Shown here piece after piece: positions 1 through 6,648 of a stretch of DNA of 21,052 nt (within the stretch, counting starts at the first letter, position 1; each line of letters opens with the position of its first letter). The stretch comes from an uncultured archaeon (lineage in GTDB: Archaea > Asgardarchaeota > Lokiarchaeia > Sigyniarchaeales > SOKP01). Both the position numbers and the translations under genes were made by a program. Location: positions 1-21,052 of the forward strand of contig CAZGJX010000082.1 in assembly GCA_964525635.1 (NCBI GenBank). Reading direction: 5' to 3'. The notes under the pieces are model-generated. The model did no database searches and was not told where the DNA came from. It worked only from the letters and a program-made list of their open reading frames with translations.

Positions 1-12
1 GCTCATTATTTA

Positions 13-56
13 ATTTTTCTCATTTGGAGAAAAATACTATGTCGCCACGACATAGT
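13..56. repeat. Two abutting perfect 9-bp inverted repeats (hairpins)
   Basis: ATTTTTCTC-atttg-GAGAAAAAT (13-35) is directly followed by ACTATGTCG-cca-CGACATAGT (36-56). Confidence 0.8.
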
Positions 57-63
57 TTAAGGA

Positions 64-85
64 TGGACCTGACGGAAATCGAACC
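64..85 (-). other. Isolated tRNA 3'-end fragment (tRNA-Ala-like), possible att-site remnant
   Basis: Minus strand reads GG-TTCGATT-TCCGT-CAGGTCC-A: T-loop, 3' T-stem, 3' acceptor strand with U70, discriminator A73. No tRNA 5' half lies upstream. Confidence 0.55.
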
Positions 86-156
86 TATATTTTCTTTATA
101 TTGATATTTTTTTTAATAATTATTTTTCCTACAAATGATATAGAAATATAATATAA

Positions 157-210
157 TTTTCATGAAAAAAAAGGTTTTTTTAATGGAAAATTGAATTGAA
201 AGATTCATTT
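157..210 (+). repeat. Imperfect direct repeat, copy 1 (left of TA module)
   Basis: 40/54 ungapped identity to 1368-1421. The core 183-210 matches 24/28, including exact TGAAAGATTCATTT. Confidence 0.55.
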
Positions 211-533
211 TGCTAAAATCAATTTAATAAACAATAACGACTATATTATTAAAATATGAGAGGATTATCATATATTAAAGAAAATTTCATTAAGAATATT
301 AAAATTTTAAAGAAATTATTAAAAATATAAATTCAATTGTTCCTTAATTTTAAACCTTATATGTCTAATAGATTATATTAAAATATTATTAATGAAAATT
401 ATAGAATATTCAATTTTGCTATGAAAATAACTAATAATAATCTAATTCATTCTTCTTACGTTTAATAAATTAACAATAAATTTTTATTGATAATAATGTA
501 TTAATTTTATTGTGATTAATACATTAATTATGG

Positions 534-851
534 ATGATATTTAAAATGGCCAAAACAATAACAACACGCTTACCTGATGATATGGTCGAGGAAGTTGAAA
601 AAATAGCAGAAATTGAAAAAATTGATAAATCAAGTGTTATTAGAAGGCTTCTAAACAAAGCTATTCCAAAATGGAAATTAGAATATGCATCAAAATTATA
701 TCAAGATAAAAAGATTTCAATAGGAAAGGCAGCAGAAATATGTTCCTTATCAATTTGGGAGATTTTAGAATATTTTTCAAAAAAAAAAATCCCATTAAAT
801 TATGATTTAGAGGATTTTAATGATGATTTAAGAATTATTGATGAATTATGA
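534..851 (+). CDS. Antitoxin-like protein, RHH plus UPF0175 domain
   Basis: N-terminal RHH pattern (TITTRLPDDMVEEVEKIA...DKSSVIRRLL) and UPF0175-like C-terminus (LYQDKKISIGKAAEICSLSIWE). ATGA overlap with the PIN gene. The start may be ATG 546. Confidence 0.8.
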   Translation: MIFKMAKTITTRLPDDMVEEVEKIAEIEKIDKSSVIRRLLNKAIPKWKLEYASKLYQDKKISIGKAAEICSLSIWEILEYFSKKKIPLNYDLEDFNDDLRIIDEL

Positions 852-1351
852 AAGATTATACTATTATTTCAGATACAACTCCCTTATTAGCTTTTATTAA
901 AAAAAACGAGTTAAATCTCTTAAAAAAACTCTTTATTGAAATAATTATACCAGAAGCGGTTTATGATGAAATATTAAATATTCCTAAAAATTTGGGAAAT
1001 GAAATAAGAATTTTACAGGAAGAAATGAAAAAAAATTGGATTTCTAAAAGAAAAATAAAATCCCCAAAATATTCAGATTTAGGATTAGGAAAAGGTGAGA
1101 ATGAAGCTATAAATTTATGTACTGAATTTGAAAAATCGCTACTATTAATTGATGAAAAAAAGGGACGAAATATTGCAAAATCCTTGAATATAAAAATATT
1201 AGGAACTCTTGGTATTTTAAATTTGATAAAGAAAAAAGATCTAAAAAATAATAAAGAACTTATTCAAAATATTGATCTTCTTCTTAAAAAAGGATTTTAT
1301 CTTTCTAGCGAAGTAATTTTAAATTTTATTAATAATTTAGAAAACAAATAA
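848..1351 (+). CDS. PIN-domain (DUF3368-like/VapC) toxin
   Basis: IISDTTPL, IPEAVYDE, LGKGENEAI, LLIDEKKGR and GTLGIL motifs typical of DUF3368-type PIN proteins. Coupled to the upstream antitoxin. Confidence 0.85.
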   Translation: MKDYTIISDTTPLLAFIKKNELNLLKKLFIEIIIPEAVYDEILNIPKNLGNEIRILQEEMKKNWISKRKIKSPKYSDLGLGKGENEAINLCTEFEKSLLLIDEKKGRNIAKSLNIKILGTLGILNLIKKKDLKNNKELIQNIDLLLKKGFYLSSEVILNFINNLENK

Positions 1352-1367
1352 AATAGCGAAAATATCT

Positions 1368-1421
1368 TTTTCATAGAAAGATAATGATTTTCCATGGAAA
1401 ACGCAAGTGAAAGATTCATTT
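1368..1421 (+). repeat. Imperfect direct repeat, copy 2 (right of TA module)
   Basis: Matches 157-210 and contains the perfect palindrome TTTTCCATGGAAAA (1388-1401). Confidence 0.55.
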
Positions 1422-1662
1422 CACGTGCAATTATATGTATGAGCATATATGAGTTTTTAAAGTATTAAAATATCAAAAAAAAAACATAATTATGCTATTT
1501 TGTCAGCTAAGAACCAAAGATAATAAATATTTAATTCATAATTAATAAGAGTTAATAGATTTATCCATTATTTTCCTAAATCTAATAAACTATTTTTATA
1601 AAAATTAATAATATAACTAAATAAGACTCGATTATGATATATTAAAGTTATTCGAATTAATA

Positions 1663-2328
1663 ATGAAAAAAGATTTATTAAATAAAGATGAACAAATTAT
1701 CTATGAAATTATAAAGGAATATATAAAGAAAAAACCATTCAACAGATTAATTGATGTAATTGATTTTATAAATTATCGCTTAAAATCAAAAAATAATTTT
1801 AATAGGAATAGAATTGAGAAAATAGTTAAAAATCTAATTAAAAATAAAAATATTGTCATAGGAATTAGACTAACGAAAGATGATGTATTAGAATTACCTG
1901 TTCGAAAAAATATCTATGAATATATTTTAAAAAATCCTGGAATCAATATAAATGATATAAAGAAAGAATTTAATATAGGAAGTAATAGTGCTCAATGGCA
2001 TCTTAAAATCTTAGAAAACTTTGATTTTATTAGGGTACATGGTTTTGAGAGTCAAAAGAATCTTTTTAATTTCAGATCTAATCCTAAGAATGATATTTTA
2101 CATATAATTCTGAGGAATGAAAAAGTAAAATCTATATTGGAAGTATTAAAAACTAATGAAAAGCCTCTCAGACCAACAGTATTATCTGAAATGGTTTCAA
2201 TACATTATAATACAATTAAAAAATATTTAAAAAAATTAGTTGAACTAAATCTAATAAAAAAAGTAAATGGAGATAAGAAAAAAAGATATATTTTAAATAA
2301 AAATTGGAATAAAACCCTATATCTCTAA
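1663..2328 (+). CDS. Multi-domain winged helix-turn-helix transcriptional regulator
   Basis: ArsR-like wHTH (RKNIYEYILKNPGININDIKKEFNIGSNSAQWHLKILE), a second C-terminal wHTH (LSEMVSIHYNTIKKYLKKLVELNLI) and an N-terminal wHTH-like domain. Confidence 0.8.
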   Translation: MKKDLLNKDEQIIYEIIKEYIKKKPFNRLIDVIDFINYRLKSKNNFNRNRIEKIVKNLIKNKNIVIGIRLTKDDVLELPVRKNIYEYILKNPGININDIKKEFNIGSNSAQWHLKILENFDFIRVHGFESQKNLFNFRSNPKNDILHIILRNEKVKSILEVLKTNEKPLRPTVLSEMVSIHYNTIKKYLKKLVELNLIKKVNGDKKKRYILNKNWNKTLYL

Positions 2329-2420
2329 AATATTATAAATTAAAAAAAAAAAATATGAAAGATAGAGGATGATTTTATAAAGGTAAAAAAAAAAATAGAT
2401 TAAAAAAAGAGTCTAAAATT

Positions 2421-2442
2421 AAAAATTTCACTTTTGGTCCAA
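2421..2442 (+). promoter_or_regulatory. Putative operator motif, copy 1, just upstream of a TATA-like box
   Basis: AAAAATTTCACTTTTGGTCCAA, 19/22 identical to 6570-6591, followed by TTTAAAT at 2448. Confidence 0.45.
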
Positions 2443-2482
2443 AGCTCTTTAAATTTTATAAAAAAAATGAGTTATATGACTC

Positions 2483-2950
2483 ATGGTTTTAATAAAATCT
2501 AGAGTAATTAATTCGAATGGAATATTTTTGATTAAAAAAGAAGAAGAGATGAAAAATGAAGTAAAAATTATTTTAAAAAAAAAACAAAAAATGCCAATAT
2601 TTAAAATAATCAATCAAATGTACGATAATGGAAAAATCTCAGAGGATTTCAAAAGAAATGATATTGAAAGGATTTTAAAAGAAATGATAAGAAAGAAAAT
2701 GATTATTGTAGCCCCAGAATTAACAAAACAAGATATATTTGTATCAATAACGAAAAGAAATATCTTATCTTATATAAATAATAATCCTGGTAATACTATT
2801 GAAGATTTATTTGAAAACATTGGAATTAAAAAAAGTAAACTAATCTGGCATTTAACTATTTTAGAAAAATATCAATATATAAAATCTTTGAAATCCAACA
2901 GAAAAAAAGCATACTATATAGATAATCATACTACAGGAGGGATGAATTAG
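2483..2950 (+). CDS. Winged helix-turn-helix regulator, shorter paralog of 1663..2328
   Basis: RNDIERILKEMI, LTKQDI and RNILSYINNNPG...WHLTILEKY align with the first regulator, but the last wHTH is absent. Ends 2 nt before the next start. Confidence 0.75.
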   Translation: MVLIKSRVINSNGIFLIKKEEEMKNEVKIILKKKQKMPIFKIINQMYDNGKISEDFKRNDIERILKEMIRKKMIIVAPELTKQDIFVSITKRNILSYINNNPGNTIEDLFENIGIKKSKLIWHLTILEKYQYIKSLKSNRKKAYYIDNHTTGGMN

Positions 2951-2952
2951 AT

Positions 2953-5900
2953 ATGATAGAAAATCTAAGAAAGAACATTAAAAAAAATAAAAGAACTTAT
3001 TTCGTTATATTCATATTTTTGTCAATAATTATATCTCAAACAAATTCGATGAATTTGATTAAATTTGAAATAAATAATAAATCGAATTTAGATATTTCAG
3101 CAACTATTGAATCACCAATATTTATTAATGGAACGGCAACAGGTATTGGTGCTCAAAATTGGACATGGGCGAAAAATCAAACTTGGTGTACTGGGGAAGG
3201 CATAATTGGAGATCCTTATCGTATTGAGAATATTATCATTGATGGAAATGATATGGGAAGTTGTATTACTATTGTAAATTCTAATGCTCATTTAATAATT
3301 GAAAATTGTAGTTTTACATCTTCAGGTATTCTCCAAACTAATGCAGGTATTGAGATGATAAATGTAGGCAATACAATCATAATGAACTCTTCTATAAGTA
3401 GAAATGGAAATTATGGAATATATCTTAATAATTGCATTAATGTTACCATCGAGGATAATAACATAAAGATTAATAAAAAACATGGTGTTTATGTAGAATA
3501 CAGTAAAGATATAAATCTAAAATGGAATAAAATAAATTATAATGGAAATTTTTATAGTGATATTCTTGATGATGGAATTCATCTGTATTATACTAATCAA
3601 TCCAATGTCCAAGAAAATAATCTCAGTTTTAATGCAGATGATGGAGTTGAAATCTATTATAGTCTAAATACGGGTATCTTTAAAAATACAATATATAACA
3701 ATAGAAGTATACGTTCAATCAATACATTGCATATGAGTGGTGTCTCAACTTTTACATCTAATTATACAAAAATTAGAAATAATGATATTTATGATGTTAC
3801 ACAAGGTATAAGTACAGGTCATTATCACTCTATAATTGAAAATAATAACATTAGTTTAATAAATGCTTTTGGTATCAAAATTGGTAGTGGATATAACCAT
3901 TCAATTAGAAATAATTATCTTCAAGATATTGGTGATAGAGGTATATATATATCAACAGGTAATAAATCTATTGTCGAAGGAAATATAATTGATTATGTTG
4001 TTAATTATGGAATTGAGATATTAATGGATAATTGTACTATATATAATAATACTATTTCTCATAGTGTCCGTGCTATTAATCTAAAAATTACAGGATTCTG
4101 TAATATCTCATATAATAAAATGATGAGTAATGGTTATGGAATTTACTTTTATTCTAATGGTCATGATTATATTATAGAGGGGAATAATATGACAAATTGT
4201 GGTATTGGAATTCAGAATAGGCCTTATTTAGATTTCCTAACATCCTTTAATATAGATTTATCGAATAAAGTCAATGAAAAGACAATTTATTCCTATTATA
4301 ATACCTCAAATTTAGATAATTCAGATTTCTTAACAAATGGAGCTCCAGGTCAAATAATTTTAGTTAATTGTAATGATACAATTATCACCGATTTTGAAAT
4401 TACTAATAGTTCCCATGCTATTTCTCTGTTTTTCTGTAATAATGCTAGTATAATGAATTGTAATCTAAGTTATAATTCTCAAAGTGGAATTCTTAAATAT
4501 GGAGCAACAGATTATAAAAATAAAATCGTAAATAATACTCTCTCATTCAATTCCTTAGATGGGATTACTTCATGGTCATCTGGCAATCCTACAATAATAG
4601 AGGGTAATTATATAGAAAACAATACAGAACAAGGAATAAATATTGAAGGTGGAACATCCTATATTATTTACAATAATACAATTAGATATAATGGGATTAA
4701 TGGTATTTTTATTAATGCAGGAATAAATAATATTTCCCTAAATAAAATAATTGGTAATCGAGAGAATGGTATTTATAACCGCGGTGCTGAAAGTAATATT
4801 ACTTCAAACACTATTTCATATAATAATCAAAGTGGAATTTATAATGGAAATGCAAATAATAACAGTATTGTATCTAATATTATTTCCAATAATTTAGAAT
4901 ATGGAATTAATATTTTTAATTCACCTTACAGCAGTTTTTCTTATAATAATTTAAGTAATAATAATTATGGCGTACGTATTATATCTGGTATGGATTGTAT
5001 ATTTAATGATAACAATATTGAAAATAGTTCTAATGGAATTCAAATAGAATTTGATAACGATGGTTTAATTATCTCAAATAACTCTCTTATTAATAGTGAT
5101 ATCACTTTTGCTGAGGATATTGGTGAAATTTCAAATTTAATAATTCCTTTGACAAATACAATTAATGAAAAATTAGTCTATTGGTACTCAGATAAGAACT
5201 TTTTATCTTCAGATAATTTCACTTTTAAGGGCTTTCCTGGAAAAATAATATTGGCTAATTGTAATTATTCTACCATCGATAATGTAAACTTATTAAATGG
5301 AGCTGGAATAACACTATTATTATGTTCTAATATAACAATTCAAAATTGTGAAATTATCAATAATATCAATGATGGGATTTATTGTATTTTCTCCCAAGAT
5401 ATTGATATAATGAATAATACTATAAATAATAATTTTGGAAATGGAATTAGTTATATAAACACTGACATCGATATATTTGGAAACATTATAAGCAATAATA
5501 GTAAAATTGGGATTAAGGGTGATGGAGAATATAGTAGGATTATAGATAATAATATAATATATAATGAAGAATACGGAATATCATTATTGGTAAGAAATAT
5601 TGAATTAAATTATAATAATATCAGTTATAATAAAGAATTAGGTATTTATTTATATTATATTGATGAAGGTATAATTTTAAATAATTCAATTTCATTCAAT
5701 GGACAATATGGAATGTTATTATCCCAAAGTTATAAGTTATATATACAAGAGAATGATTTGTTCTATAATGATATTGGTATTATTATTTATGGTTCCTCAT
5801 CTAATAATACAATATATTTGAATAATTTCATAGGTAATATAATAAATGCTGTGGATAATTCTTCAAATAATTATTGGGATAATGGGTCAATAGGAAACTA

Positions 5901-6465
5901 TTGGGATGATTATAATGGAATAGATTTAGATAATAATGGTATAGGGGATACACCATATAATATTAGTGGAAGTGCGAATGCAGTTGATAACTTTCCTATT
6001 ATACTAAAAGAAATTACAAAAATTTCTGACAACCTAGTGATATTAATAATACCTCTAATAATTATTACTGGTCTAATTGGGATTGTTATCGTAGAGTATT
6101 TTATCTCTGATATACTTAAGAAAAAGAAAGTTAAAAAAAGTATAAAAGAACCTATATTGGATGGAACTACTCTTGAATTAATTGATGATTTTAATATAAT
6201 TTCACAATCAGAAGATAAGACCTTTGAAGCAATGTTAAAAACTATGCCAGATTTGAAAAATTATATTGAGTCTAATAAAATGATTAAAGATGTACCCAAA
6301 ATACATAATTATATGACGGGTATAATAGATTCATCTCTATTTGGAAAAATAGAACTACTTGATTTATCACTAGAAGAAAAAGGTCGCTTCATAAAAGAAT
6401 TATTAAATTTAGATTCAAAAGAAAGAATAAAACTTATAGATGAAATGCTAGAAAATAAAGAATAA
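2953..6465 (+). CDS. Membrane-anchored right-handed beta-helix (NosD/CASH-like) protein with cytoplasmic C-terminal domain
   Basis: N-terminal basic plus hydrophobic signal, many IxNNxIxxNxxxGI repeats, NosD-type end GNYWDDYNGIDLDNNGIGDTPY, TM helix LVILIIPLIIITGLIGIVIV then KKKK, and a charged tail of about 115 aa. Confidence 0.85.
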   Translation: MIENLRKNIKKNKRTYFVIFIFLSIIISQTNSMNLIKFEINNKSNLDISATIESPIFINGTATGIGAQNWTWAKNQTWCTGEGIIGDPYRIENIIIDGNDMGSCITIVNSNAHLIIENCSFTSSGILQTNAGIEMINVGNTIIMNSSISRNGNYGIYLNNCINVTIEDNNIKINKKHGVYVEYSKDINLKWNKINYNGNFYSDILDDGIHLYYTNQSNVQENNLSFNADDGVEIYYSLNTGIFKNTIYNNRSIRSINTLHMSGVSTFTSNYTKIRNNDIYDVTQGISTGHYHSIIENNNISLINAFGIKIGSGYNHSIRNNYLQDIGDRGIYISTGNKSIVEGNIIDYVVNYGIEILMDNCTIYNNTISHSVRAINLKITGFCNISYNKMMSNGYGIYFYSNGHDYIIEGNNMTNCGIGIQNRPYLDFLTSFNIDLSNKVNEKTIYSYYNTSNLDNSDFLTNGAPGQIILVNCNDTIITDFEITNSSHAISLFFCNNASIMNCNLSYNSQSGILKYGATDYKNKIVNNTLSFNSLDGITSWSSGNPTIIEGNYIENNTEQGINIEGGTSYIIYNNTIRYNGINGIFINAGINNISLNKIIGNRENGIYNRGAESNITSNTISYNNQSGIYNGNANNNSIVSNIISNNLEYGINIFNSPYSSFSYNNLSNNNYGVRIISGMDCIFNDNNIENSSNGIQIEFDNDGLIISNNSLINSDITFAEDIGEISNLIIPLTNTINEKLVYWYSDKNFLSSDNFTFKGFPGKIILANCNYSTIDNVNLLNGAGITLLLCSNITIQNCEIINNINDGIYCIFSQDIDIMNNTINNNFGNGISYINTDIDIFGNIISNNSKIGIKGDGEYSRIIDNNIIYNEEYGISLLVRNIELNYNNISYNKELGIYLYYIDEGIILNNSISFNGQYGMLLSQSYKLYIQENDLFYNDIGIIIYGSSSNNTIYLNNFIGNIINAVDNSSNNYWDNGSIGNYWDDYNGIDLDNNGIGDTPYNISGSANAVDNFPIILKEITKISDNLVILIIPLIIITGLIGIVIVEYFISDILKKKKVKKSIKEPILDGTTLELIDDFNIISQSEDKTFEAMLKTMPDLKNYIESNKMIKDVPKIHNYMTGIIDSSLFGKIELLDLSLEEKGRFIKELLNLDSKERIKLIDEMLENKE

Positions 6466-6569
6466 TTCTTCTCTATTTATTAATTCCCATGAAATCAAGT
6501 ATATAATTTCTACTGAGAATTAATTAAAACATTTTTTTTTTGAATTAGACGATATTAGATTATTAATAA

Positions 6570-6591
6570 AAAAATTTCAATTCTAGTCCAA
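6570..6591 (+). promoter_or_regulatory. Putative operator motif, copy 2, just upstream of a TATA-like box
   Basis: AAAAATTTCAATTCTAGTCCAA, followed by TTTATAT at 6599. Confidence 0.45.
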
Positions 6592-6648
6592 TGGGTTTTT
6601 TATATCATTCATAATGTGTTCTATTTATATAAACCAGAGTGAATTGAA

